Source: Candidatus Latescibacterota bacterium (lineage in GTDB: Bacteria > Krumholzibacteriota > Krumholzibacteriia > LZORAL124-64-63). Taken from it: a DNA stretch of 64,000 bases. The DNA lies in the NCBI GenBank assembly GCA_030658975.1, contig JAUSBL010000002.1, positions 353 to 64,352 of the forward strand. The letters are read 5' to 3'. Within the stretch, counting starts at the first letter, position 1, and every line of letters starts with the position of its first letter. The position numbers and the translations under genes were made by a program. Of this stretch, positions 19,908-28,388 are shown one piece after another. The notes below the pieces were generated by a model. It saw nothing but the letters and a program-made list of their open reading frames with translations. It was not told the DNA's origin and made no database searches.

Positions 19908-20738
19908 GTGGCCCGCTTCCCCCACGATCCCGTCGACCCCGCGGCCCAGGCGGTGCTGGACAACGTCCGCATCGTGCTGAGCCGCACCACCGAGCCGCGC
20001 AACGTCGGCGCCACGGCCCGCGCCATGAAGACGATGGGCCTGTCGCGCCTGGTGCTGATCTCGCCGCACGACCCCTACGGCGAGCGGGCCCGCGCGCTGG
20101 CGCACGGCGCCGAGGACGTGCTCGAGGGCGCGCAGGTCGTGCTGGACCACCGGGCCGCGGTGCGCGACTGCCTGGTGGTGGCCGGCACCACCGCGCGGCC
20201 CCGCGAGCTGCGCAAGGGCGCCCTGATGGCGCCGCACGAGCTGGCGTCGCTGCTGATCGAGCACGCCGCCGAGGGGCCGGTGGCCCTGATGTTCGGCACC
20301 GAGCGCACCGGGCTGACCAACGAGGAAGCCTACGCCTGCCGCTACCTCGGTTCGATCGACACCGCGCCCGAGCAGCCGTCCCTGAACCTCTCGCAGGCCG
20401 TGATGGTCATGAGCTACGAGCTGCGCCGCGCCTGGCGCGCGGCCTGCGCGGCGCCCCGCCGCGAGCCCAGTCGACGGCCCGAGATGCGCGTCAACCACCC
20501 GCACCGCTCCACGAAGCTGCCGACGCAGGACGAGCTGGACGTGATGTACGAGCACCTCGGCGCCGCCATGGCGGCGGTCGGCCTCGAGCCGCCCGAGCGG
20601 GAGAAGTTCCTGACCTACATGCGCCACCTGCACATGCGCGCGGGGATCGTGAACTGGGAGCTGCAGATCTACCACCTGTTCGCGAGCAAGGTCCTGCACG
20701 CGACGGGCGCCGGGCCCTACCGGAAAGGCGAACGATGA
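19908..20738 (+). CDS. TrmJ/LasT-like SpoU-family RNA methyltransferase
   Basis: NVGATARAMKTMG, VAGTTAR, FGTERTGLTNEE, SLNLSQAV. Confidence 0.88.
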   Translation: MARFPHDPVDPAAQAVLDNVRIVLSRTTEPRNVGATARAMKTMGLSRLVLISPHDPYGERARALAHGAEDVLEGAQVVLDHRAAVRDCLVVAGTTARPRELRKGALMAPHELASLLIEHAAEGPVALMFGTERTGLTNEEAYACRYLGSIDTAPEQPSLNLSQAVMVMSYELRRAWRAACAAPRREPSRRPEMRVNHPHRSTKLPTQDELDVMYEHLGAAMAAVGLEPPEREKFLTYMRHLHMRAGIVNWELQIYHLFASKVLHATGAGPYRKGER

Positions 20739-21547
20739 GCCTGCGCCGCATCGCGCTGGTGACGGCCCTGGCGGGCGTCGTCGCGCTGACCCTCTTCGCG
20801 CTGCTGCGCGGCCGCGAACAGGCGGCGCGCGGGACCGGGCAACCCGCGCCGGCCGCCGCCGACTCCGTCGCGCGATCGGCCCTGGTCGCCGGCGCGCACA
20901 TCCTGATCGCCCACCGCGACGGTCGCCCGGCGCTGCCCGGCGTCACGCGCACGCCGGACGAGGCGCGCACCCTGGCCGTGCGGCTGGCGGCCGAGATCCT
21001 CGACAACCGCGCCTCGTTCGCGGAGCTGGCCCGCCGCTACTCCGACGACGCCCGCACGGCGCGCCACGGCGGCGACCTGGGGATCGTGCAGCCCGGCCGC
21101 CTGCCCCTGTCACTGGAGATGACGCTCACGCAGCTGGAGGTCGGCGGGATCGCCCCCTGCATCGAGTCGGAAGCCGGCTTCCACGTGCTGATGCGGGTGC
21201 CGGTGCGGCGCGCCGTGGCCCGCCACGTCCTGATCGGCTGGCAGGGGTCGGGGGCCGACAGCGGCACGATCGCCCGTTCCCGGACCCAGGCAGAGACCCT
21301 GGCCGGCGAGATCGCCGCCCAGGCGCAGGCGCCCGGCGCCGATTTCTGCGAGCTGGCCGCCCGCTACTCCGACGACGAGCAGAGCCGCTTCGAGTGCGGG
21401 CTGATCGGGCTCGTGGAGCCGGGGAATCTGGAGGCCGCCTTCGAGGAGGCCCTGTTCGCCCTGCCGCCCGGCGGGATCTCCGGCGTGGTGGAGACGACGT
21501 ACGGGTTCCACGTCGTGAAACGCGATCCCGAGCCCCCGCGGGAGTGA
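20735..21547 (+). CDS. Parvulin-type peptidyl-prolyl isomerase (two rotamase domains, N-terminal anchor)
   Basis: AHILI..FAELARRYSDD..GGDLG and ARHVLI..FCELAARYSDD..ETTYGFHVV. Confidence 0.88.
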   Translation: MSLRRIALVTALAGVVALTLFALLRGREQAARGTGQPAPAAADSVARSALVAGAHILIAHRDGRPALPGVTRTPDEARTLAVRLAAEILDNRASFAELARRYSDDARTARHGGDLGIVQPGRLPLSLEMTLTQLEVGGIAPCIESEAGFHVLMRVPVRRAVARHVLIGWQGSGADSGTIARSRTQAETLAGEIAAQAQAPGADFCELAARYSDDEQSRFECGLIGLVEPGNLEAAFEEALFALPPGGISGVVETTYGFHVVKRDPEPPRE

Positions 21548-21567
21548 GGCTGGCCGCGACGGACGCA

Positions 21568-21597
21568 GAAGCGGGAGAGGTCGCCCTCTCCCGCTTC
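21568..21597 (+). terminator. Intrinsic terminator-like hairpin
   Basis: GAAGCGGGAGAGG-TCGC-CCTCTCCCGCTTC followed by CGGTTTG. Confidence 0.6.
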
Positions 21598-21662
21598 CGG
21601 TTTGCGGAGGTCCGTCGCGTCCTGGGGGGGATTCCGACACGCCCTCCGCGGGAACGCTGCGG

Positions 21663-22616
21663 CTAGTACAGGCTCTTGACCTGGCCCCAGCTCATTTCCT
21701 CGGTCTCGACCGGGATGGTCAGGTACGAGGTCAGGCCGTTGGCGGTCCAGGCCACGGCGCTGTTGTCGGCCACCTTGGGCGCGTCGTAGTTGGGATGGTT
21801 GACGATCTGCAGCTCGGCGTTGACCATCAGGTTGTTGAAGGTCGTCATCTGCAAGGTGTACAGCAGGCCCGGGTCGGTGCCGAACACGGGCAGGTAGCTG
21901 TACAGGCCGATTTCCACGCCGGTCGTCAGGCTGCCGAAGATCAGGCCATCGACCGGGGTCGCGCTCAGGATCATGATGCGCGGGTCCAGGACCAGCTTGA
22001 AGGCGGCGCCGCCGACCATCATCTCGGCGTTGCGGATCATGATCCAGGCGTTGTGGATCTCGGTGAAGCCACCGTTCTGGGTCGACACGGTCTCGATGCC
22101 GTCCTCGTCCCAGAACACGCCGATCTCGGGCGTCGGGCGCAGCGTGATGCTCGAGGTCAGGCCGTCGGCCGGGAACAGGATGGCCGACGAGTTCGCCAGC
22201 ATGGGCGTGTCGTAGTCCGGGTCGGCGACGATGGTCTGGTGCGAGTTCACGATCATCGTCGGCGAGAACACCTGGATGTGGCAGATCGAGATGGGATCGT
22301 CGCCGAACTGCGCGATCGGGTTGTAGAGGCCGATCTCGGCGCCGGTCAGCAGCGTGCCGAACACCAGGCCGTCGGCCCAGGTCTCGCTGACGATCATGAA
22401 GCCGCCCTCGGACTCCATCTTGAAGGCCGCTCCGCCGATCAGCAGGTCGGAGTTGTTGATCAGGACGTAGCCGTCATAGACCGATCCGGGTTCGCCGACG
22501 AGCTGGGCGGTGTTGCCCTCGGTGTCGAAGAACAGGCCGATCGTCGCGGTCGCCATCGCGGACGAGGCCAGGCCGAGCATCAGGACGCCGGCCAGCAGGC
22601 TGTAACGAGTCTTCAT
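21663..22616 (-). CDS. Secreted protein with two tandem homologous domains and WG tail
   Basis: Signal peptide; internal repeat IG.F.D..G...GGAAFK...DGL.FG.L.TG.EIGLY; ends EMSWGQVKSLY. Confidence 0.85.
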   Translation of the reverse strand: MKTRYSLLAGVLMLGLASSAMATATIGLFFDTEGNTAQLVGEPGSVYDGYVLINNSDLLIGGAAFKMESEGGFMIVSETWADGLVFGTLLTGAEIGLYNPIAQFGDDPISICHIQVFSPTMIVNSHQTIVADPDYDTPMLANSSAILFPADGLTSSITLRPTPEIGVFWDEDGIETVSTQNGGFTEIHNAWIMIRNAEMMVGGAAFKLVLDPRIMILSATPVDGLIFGSLTTGVEIGLYSYLPVFGTDPGLLYTLQMTTFNNLMVNAELQIVNHPNYDAPKVADNSAVAWTANGLTSYLTIPVETEEMSWGQVKSLY

Positions 22617-22858
22617 TCCAGATCCCTTTCACTTGCCCTCGCGGGGGGGCGCTCATGTCGGGTCCGCACGTCCGGACCGGGGTGAATTCACGGGAGTCCA
22701 TCGGCAAGGCGCATACCCGCTTGAGGATTTCCTTGCAAGAAGCTGAGATCGGCCTGCGGGGGGCGTGGGCCCCGGTCGCACCCCCGCAGTGACATTCGCG
22801 TATCATATTGATATTGTTATAGATACATCATCAGAGCCCCGTGCGGGCGGAGCATCTC

Positions 22859-23001
22859 AGGGGGCGCGCCGCCCTGGGATCTCCGTGAACCGGACGTGTT
22901 CCGTCGTGTCGCGGGAGGGCGCAGAATGCCTTCCTGCGGTGCGGGAGGTGAGCAATACGGAAGCAACGGAGGTCGGAATCTGGACGGGGGCGGCGCCCCC
23001 T
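22859..23001 (+). ncRNA. Candidate structured RNA of unknown family
   Basis: Four nested helices found by eye; G-U pairs favour the + strand; preceded by an AT-rich tract at 22797-22832. Confidence 0.35.
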
Positions 23002-23909
23002 CACACGAGGTAGATGTCGCAGGCGACGAAGAGCAGCAGGAGCATCCCGATCCAGGAATTGATGGTGAAGAACGCCCGGTCGATGCGGCGCAGGTCCCCG
23101 CCCCTGACCAGTCGGTGCTCCCAGATCAGCAGCAGCGTCATCGCGACCAGGCCCAGACGCGCGCACAGGCCCAGGTCCGCCGTCACGCCGAAGGCCGGCG
23201 CCGTGCGAAAGGCGATCGCGAGGCACAGCACGGCCAGCACGTGCAGCCCCTTGGCGATGCCCAGCGCGCCGGGCACCCCGAAGCGGACCGCCAGGGAGCG
23301 CAGCCCCTCGCGCCGGTCGATCTCGACGTCCTGGCAGCCGTAGATCGCGTCGAATCCGCCGACCCAGAGCATCACGCCCGCCGACAGCCACAGCGGGAAC
23401 GCGGCGAAGTGGCCCGTGGCCGCCAGCCACGCGCCCGTCGGCGCGATGCCCAGGCCCAGTCCCAGCACCAGGTGCGACCAGGGCGTGAAGCGCTTGGCGT
23501 AGGAGTAGCCGAGGACCACCGTCAGCGCGACCGGCGCGAGCGCGAAGCACAGCGGGTTGAGAGTGCGGGCGGCCAGCACGAAGATGAGCGCGCTCGCCGC
23601 CGTGAACGTGACCGCGCCGGCCACGCCGATCCGGCCCGCGGGCAGATGGCGGTCGGCCGTGCGCGGGTTGCGCGCGTCGTAGTCGCGGTCGGCGAGACGG
23701 TTGAAGGCCATCGCCGCGCTGCGCGCGGCGATCATCGCCACCAGCACGCCCAACAGGACGCGCCGCGAGGGGCGACCGCCGGTGGCGACCAGCAGCGCGA
23801 TCAGGGCGAACGGCAGGGCGAACACGGTGTGTTCGAACTTCACCAGCCCGAAGTAGTCGCCCGCGGTGCTCCAGCCGCGTCGGCGCGGCGCGGCGGCTCC
23901 CGCCCTCAC
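23001..23909 (-). CDS. UbiA-family prenyltransferase (MqnP-like)
   Basis: VKFEHTVFALPFA, AMAFNRLADRDYDARNPRT..RHLP, GFDAIYGCQD; GTG overlaps the ubiX stop. Confidence 0.9.
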   Translation of the reverse strand: MRAGAAAPRRRGWSTAGDYFGLVKFEHTVFALPFALIALLVATGGRPSRRVLLGVLVAMIAARSAAMAFNRLADRDYDARNPRTADRHLPAGRIGVAGAVTFTAASALIFVLAARTLNPLCFALAPVALTVVLGYSYAKRFTPWSHLVLGLGLGIAPTGAWLAATGHFAAFPLWLSAGVMLWVGGFDAIYGCQDVEIDRREGLRSLAVRFGVPGALGIAKGLHVLAVLCLAIAFRTAPAFGVTADLGLCARLGLVAMTLLLIWEHRLVRGGDLRRIDRAFFTINSWIGMLLLLFVACDIYLV

Positions 23910-24538
23910 GCCGTCTCCCCCGGCCCGCCCGCATCGCCCCACGGCCGCGCGAGGCGGACCGCGACGCCCAGCTGGTCGCAGACGCGCTGCACGACGAAGT
24001 CGACGAGGTCCCGCACCGTCGCCGGCCGGTGGTAGAAGCCGGGCATCGCCGGCAGGATGACGGCGCCGGCGGCGGCGAGCCGGGCCATGTGCTCGAGGTG
24101 GTGGACCGCCAGGGGGGTCTCGCGCGGCACGAGCACGAGGCGGCGCCGCTCCTTCAGCTGCACGTCGGCGGCGCGGTGCAGCAGGTCGTCGCCGGTGCCG
24201 GTGGCGATGCGGGCCAGCGTGCTCATCGAGCAGGGGCACACCGCCATGCCGCCCGAAGGCGCCGAGCCGCTGGCGACCGGCGCGGAGAACTCGTGCTTGC
24301 CGTACTCGTGCAGCGCTGCGCCGCGGGCGACGGCCGTCGACCGCAGCTCCTCGATGAGCGCGCGCGGCGTGCGGCCCAGTTCGGCGGCCGCCGTCTGCTC
24401 GACGGCGTCGCTGCGCAGCAGCGCCACGTCGCGGCCCGCCTCCAGCAGCACCTCCACCAGGCGCACGCCGTAGACCAGGCCGCTGGCGCCGGTCCAGGCG
24501 ACCGTGACCGGGGGCTGCGGGATCCGTTCGCGGTCCAT
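23906..24538 (-). CDS. ubiX: Flavin prenyltransferase UbiX (MqnM-like)
   Basis: TGASG, ASGS, PCSMSTL, RAADVQLKERRRLVLVPRETP, PAMPGFY. Confidence 0.92.
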   Translation of the reverse strand: MDRERIPQPPVTVAWTGASGLVYGVRLVEVLLEAGRDVALLRSDAVEQTAAAELGRTPRALIEELRSTAVARGAALHEYGKHEFSAPVASGSAPSGGMAVCPCSMSTLARIATGTGDDLLHRAADVQLKERRRLVLVPRETPLAVHHLEHMARLAAAGAVILPAMPGFYHRPATVRDLVDFVVQRVCDQLGVAVRLARPWGDAGGPGETA

Positions 24539-24548
24539 GGCTCTCCCC

Positions 24549-25337
24549 TCAATCGGTGGTCCCGAGACGCCCGCCGATCAGGTGGGCGATCCCGAGGGTC
24601 TGGCGGCGTACCAGGATGTCCCGGAAGCCGAACTCGCCGAGCAGCGCCGCGAACTCCGCCGGGGTCACGAAGCGGTCGCGGCTGGCGGCGAGGTAGGCGT
24701 AGGCGGCGTGGTCGCGGCCGAGCAGCCGGCCCGCCAGCGGCAGCGCCAGGTCCAGCCCGCGGCGCAGCGGCCGGGCGGCGCCGCGGTCCGCGCCCGCGGC
24801 GGTCGGGTCGTCGCGGAAGAAGTCGAGCACCAGCAGGCGACCGCCGGGCCGCAGGATCCGGCGCATCTCGGCCAGCCCGCGGCGCAGGTCGGCCAGGTTG
24901 CGCACGCCGAAACCGACGGCGACCGCGTCGGCGCAGCCGTCGCGCAGCGGGAGCGCCTGCGCGTCGGCGGCCACGGCGGGGATCTGCGCGCCGAGCCCCT
25001 TGCCGCGGCCGGCCGCCAGCATCGCGGGCGTGAAGTCGGCCGCCACGACCCGGCGGCAGCGGCCGCCGCGCAGGGCTGCGAGCCCCAGATCGCCCGTGCC
25101 CGCGCAGAGGTCCACCAGCAGGTCGGTGCCGGGATCCAGCGCGCGCACGAGGTCGCGCCGCCACGCGCGGTCGCGGTTGAAGCTCAGGGCGTGGTTCATG
25201 AAGTCGTAGATGCGCGCGATCCGCGCGAACATCGACCGCACGACGCGGTCGTGGGCGGCGGGGTCCTGCACGACACCGTCGCGGCCGCGCTCGTGGACGC
25301 CTTCGGGGACGCGTCGGGAGTGCCGGGCCTCACTCAC
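24549..25337 (-). CDS. ubiE: Ubiquinone/menaquinone methyltransferase (UbiE/MenG)
   Basis: MFARIARIYDFMNHALS, DLCAGTGDL, GFGVRN, ILRPGG. Confidence 0.88.
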   Translation of the reverse strand: MSEARHSRRVPEGVHERGRDGVVQDPAAHDRVVRSMFARIARIYDFMNHALSFNRDRAWRRDLVRALDPGTDLLVDLCAGTGDLGLAALRGGRCRRVVAADFTPAMLAAGRGKGLGAQIPAVAADAQALPLRDGCADAVAVGFGVRNLADLRRGLAEMRRILRPGGRLLVLDFFRDDPTAAGADRGAARPLRRGLDLALPLAGRLLGRDHAAYAYLAASRDRFVTPAEFAALLGEFGFRDILVRRQTLGIAHLIGGRLGTTD

Positions 25338-26881
25338 TTCGCGCGCCCCGCCAGCGCCAGCAGGTCGCGCCAGCGCTCCGCGACATCGCGCTTCACTTCC
25401 TCATCCATGCGCACGAGCGGCGGCCACTCGCGGCGGAAGCCGTCCTCACCCTCCCACTTCGCGGTGGCGTCGATCCCCATCTTGCCGCCCAGGAACTGCA
25501 CGTTCACGGCATGGTCGAGGTGGTCGACGGGACCGTCGACGAAGAACGTGTCGCGCCGGGGGTCGATGGAGTTGGTCACGCGCCACACGACTTCGCGCGG
25601 GTCGTGGACGTCGACGTCCGCGTCGACCACCACGATGGTCTTGCAGAACATCATCTGGCCCATGCCCCACAGCGCGTGGCAGACCTTGCGCGCGTGCCCC
25701 GGGTACTGCTTGCGGATCGCCACGATGGCCAGGTTGTGGAAGCAGGCCTCCGGCGGCAGGTGGTAGTCGACGACCTCGGGCAGCGGCTTCTGCATCAGCG
25801 GCAGGAACAGGCGCTCGGTGGCCCAGCCCAGCCACTTGTCCTCCATCGGCGGGATGCCCACGATGGTCGACGGGTAGACGGGGTCGCGGCGCGAGGTGAT
25901 GGCGGTCACGTGGAAGACCGGGAACTCCTCGGGCAGCGTGTAGAAACCGGTGTGATCGCCGAACGGCCCTTCACTGCGGCGCTCGCCGGGGTCGACGTAG
26001 CCCTCGATGACGAAGTCGGCCTCGGCCGGCACCTCCAGGTCGCAGGTCAGGGCCCTGGTCCAGGCGATCGGGGCGCCCTGCAGGAAGCCGGCGAACATCG
26101 ACTCGTCGATCTCCGGCGGCAGCGGCGCCGTCGCGGCGTAGGTCAGCGACGGCGGCCCGCCGAGCGCGACGCAGACAGGCATGCGCTCGCCGCGCCGCTC
26201 GCTGGCGCGGTAGTGGTCGGCGCCGGTCTTGTGCAGCTGCCAGTGCATGCCGGTGGTGCGGCCGTCGTAGACCTGCATCCGGTACATGCCGATGTTGCGC
26301 CGGCCGGTCTCGGGGTTGCGCGTGATGACCAGCGGCAGGGTGATGAACGGGCCGCCGTCCTGCGGCCAGGTCGTCAGCACGGGCATGAGGTCCAGGAGGC
26401 CGCGACGGTCCAGTTCCTCGCCGCGGACCACGACCTCCTGGCAGGGACCGCCGGCGACCGTGCGGGGCATGCCGGCGCTCCAGTCCCGGGCCTTGCCCAG
26501 CAGCTTCAGCTTCCCCCAGAGCCCCTCGGGGGGGGCGAGCTCCAGGGGCTCGCGCACCCGGGCGACGGCCTCCTCCAGGGACTCGCAGCCCAGGGCCCAG
26601 GCCATCCGGCGGCGCGAGGCGAACAGGTTCATGGCCAGGGGGACCGGCCGGCCGTCGGCCGTCGTGGCGCGGGTTGTGCGGCCGGCCCGCTCGCTCCAGC
26701 GACCGGGGCGCGGGTCCTCGAAGAGCAGGGCGGGACCCTCGCCGGCCTTGACGAAGCGGTCGGCGATCTCACCGGCCTCCAGGACCGGGTCGACGGGCTC
26801 CCGGACGCGCACCAGGTCGCCGGCCTGCTCGAGCAGGGCGATGAACGCCTTGAGGTTCCTGGCGGGAAGCTCGGCCATCAT
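25334..26881 (-). CDS. ubiD: UbiD-family menaquinone biosynthesis decarboxylase (MqnL-like)
   Basis: WPQDGGPFITLP, NIGMYRMQ, EGPFGDHTGFY, GGKMGIDAT. Confidence 0.92.
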   Translation of the reverse strand: MMAELPARNLKAFIALLEQAGDLVRVREPVDPVLEAGEIADRFVKAGEGPALLFEDPRPGRWSERAGRTTRATTADGRPVPLAMNLFASRRRMAWALGCESLEEAVARVREPLELAPPEGLWGKLKLLGKARDWSAGMPRTVAGGPCQEVVVRGEELDRRGLLDLMPVLTTWPQDGGPFITLPLVITRNPETGRRNIGMYRMQVYDGRTTGMHWQLHKTGADHYRASERRGERMPVCVALGGPPSLTYAATAPLPPEIDESMFAGFLQGAPIAWTRALTCDLEVPAEADFVIEGYVDPGERRSEGPFGDHTGFYTLPEEFPVFHVTAITSRRDPVYPSTIVGIPPMEDKWLGWATERLFLPLMQKPLPEVVDYHLPPEACFHNLAIVAIRKQYPGHARKVCHALWGMGQMMFCKTIVVVDADVDVHDPREVVWRVTNSIDPRRDTFFVDGPVDHLDHAVNVQFLGGKMGIDATAKWEGEDGFRREWPPLVRMDEEVKRDVAERWRDLLALAGRAK

Positions 26882-27031
26882 GAGACCTTTCGGGGAACGA
26901 GGCGCCACGACGGCGCCCGATGTGGTATATTCAGCAGAACGTAGCAGAGTCGTCCCCGGGCGGCAAGCAGGCCGGCAGGCCCGAGTCCGGGGTGTGTTTC
27001 CAGGCAACCGATCCGGGACATCGTCATTGTC

Positions 27032-27676
27032 ATGAAGCGAGAGGGACAGCCTGGACTGCGACCGGTACCTGCGGACGACTTCGATCCGATGACGGCCGAG
27101 GTCGACGATCCGCGCCGGCTCGACTACGAGCGGGTCTGCATCCAGGATGCGAAGGCCGATCCGGAAGCGTTCAACTATCTCTACGATTATTACTACGAAC
27201 GGATCTTTCGCTTCCTCTACAACCGGCTCCTGAACCGGGTGGACGCCCAGGACCTGACCTCCGACGTGTTCCACCTCGCCCTGGACCGGATCTGGCAGTT
27301 CCGGTGGCGGAACAAACCGTTCGTGACGTGGCTCTACCGGATCGCGATCAACAGGCTGAACCGCCACTACAAGCTGGCGAGACGACAGCAGGTCTGGTTC
27401 ACGCCCCTGAACGTCCTGGGCGAGGAAGTGCTCGTGGACACCGAGTCGAGCCCCGCCCTGAAGCTGGAGAAGACCCGGCTGCGCCTGCGGATCGACAGGC
27501 ACCTCGGCGAGCTGGCGCACGAGGAACGCAACTGGCTCGCCCTGCGCTACTACGAAGATCTGCCCGTGAAGGAGATCGCCGCGATCTACGGCGTCCCCGA
27601 GGGCACGATGAAGGCCCGGCTGCACCGCACGCTCGGCAAGCTGCACCGCGCCATGACGGACGGCCGCCTGGAATGA
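27032..27676 (+). CDS. ECF sigma factor
   Basis: AFNYLYDYY..DAQDLTSDVF..WLYRIA and EIAAIYGVPEGTMKARLHR. Confidence 0.88.
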   Translation: MKREGQPGLRPVPADDFDPMTAEVDDPRRLDYERVCIQDAKADPEAFNYLYDYYYERIFRFLYNRLLNRVDAQDLTSDVFHLALDRIWQFRWRNKPFVTWLYRIAINRLNRHYKLARRQQVWFTPLNVLGEEVLVDTESSPALKLEKTRLRLRIDRHLGELAHEERNWLALRYYEDLPVKEIAAIYGVPEGTMKARLHRTLGKLHRAMTDGRLE

Positions 27677-27680
27677 CGGG

Positions 27681-28388
27681 ATGGTTACGACGGGCATGAC
27701 CGATCACGACGATCTGGAACTCCAGCTGAGCGAAACACGCATCGCGCCCCGGTCCGACCCCGCGCACCGGGAAGCGCTGCGCGCGGAGCTGCGGGCGCGG
27801 ATACGCAGCCGGCGGTCCGTGCGGCCCCTCGTCCTGGCCGCGATCGCGGTGGTGACGCTGGGTGCGACCTTCACCAACCAGCCGGCGCTGGAATCGACGG
27901 GCGTGAGGCTTGAAGTCGCCGGTATCGTCGACGACGGCTCCGCGACGTTCTCGACCCGCGAGGGTGCCCCTCCCAGCTTCATCTTCGGCCGCACCAACTC
28001 TTCGGTCAAACCGGAGGAACTCGCAAGCTTGAAACTGCGGTTGGAAGAGAAGCGCATGGCGTACATGGAGGGGCGTCTGGACCTGACCAGCGCCGCCGGT
28101 CTGACCTTCGAGGGGATGACTGCCTACTTTCTCGGCTATGGGGAAGACAGCGACGGATTCTACTTCCCGATCGATATCGGCAAGATCGAAGCCGGCGACC
28201 GGTACCACAGGTTCGTCACGAGCCCGCGCTATGCCGAGATCTGCAATCTGGCCTATCAGGGGAACCTAGCCGGCGCATCGACGGATACGATCATGCTCGA
28301 CGGACACGCGGTCGTGATGACGTCCTGGCGTTTGACGGAGCCGGAATTCGGCACCATCGTCTACCATCTGGGCACCCCGCTCAACTGA
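27681..28388 (+). CDS. Putative membrane-spanning anti-sigma factor
   Basis: Directly downstream of the ECF; short cytoplasmic helix (HREALRAELR), one TM segment, extracytoplasmic domain; start may be 27696. Confidence 0.6.
   Translation: MVTTGMTDHDDLELQLSETRIAPRSDPAHREALRAELRARIRSRRSVRPLVLAAIAVVTLGATFTNQPALESTGVRLEVAGIVDDGSATFSTREGAPPSFIFGRTNSSVKPEELASLKLRLEEKRMAYMEGRLDLTSAAGLTFEGMTAYFLGYGEDSDGFYFPIDIGKIEAGDRYHRFVTSPRYAEICNLAYQGNLAGASTDTIMLDGHAVVMTSWRLTEPEFGTIVYHLGTPLN

Noticed and set aside
22742-22863. CTGAGATG...ATCTCAG on the minus strand, reminiscent of 6S RNA ends
   Set aside because: Too short and lacks the long rod-like pairing expected of 6S RNA
22833-22870. GAGCCCCGTGCGG resembling group II intron domain V
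   Set aside because: The complementary D5 arm, D6 and a reverse transcriptase ORF are absent
23001-26881. ubiD-ubiE-ubiX-ubiA cluster as a novel pathway
   Set aside because: Matches the known late steps of futalosine-type menaquinone synthesis
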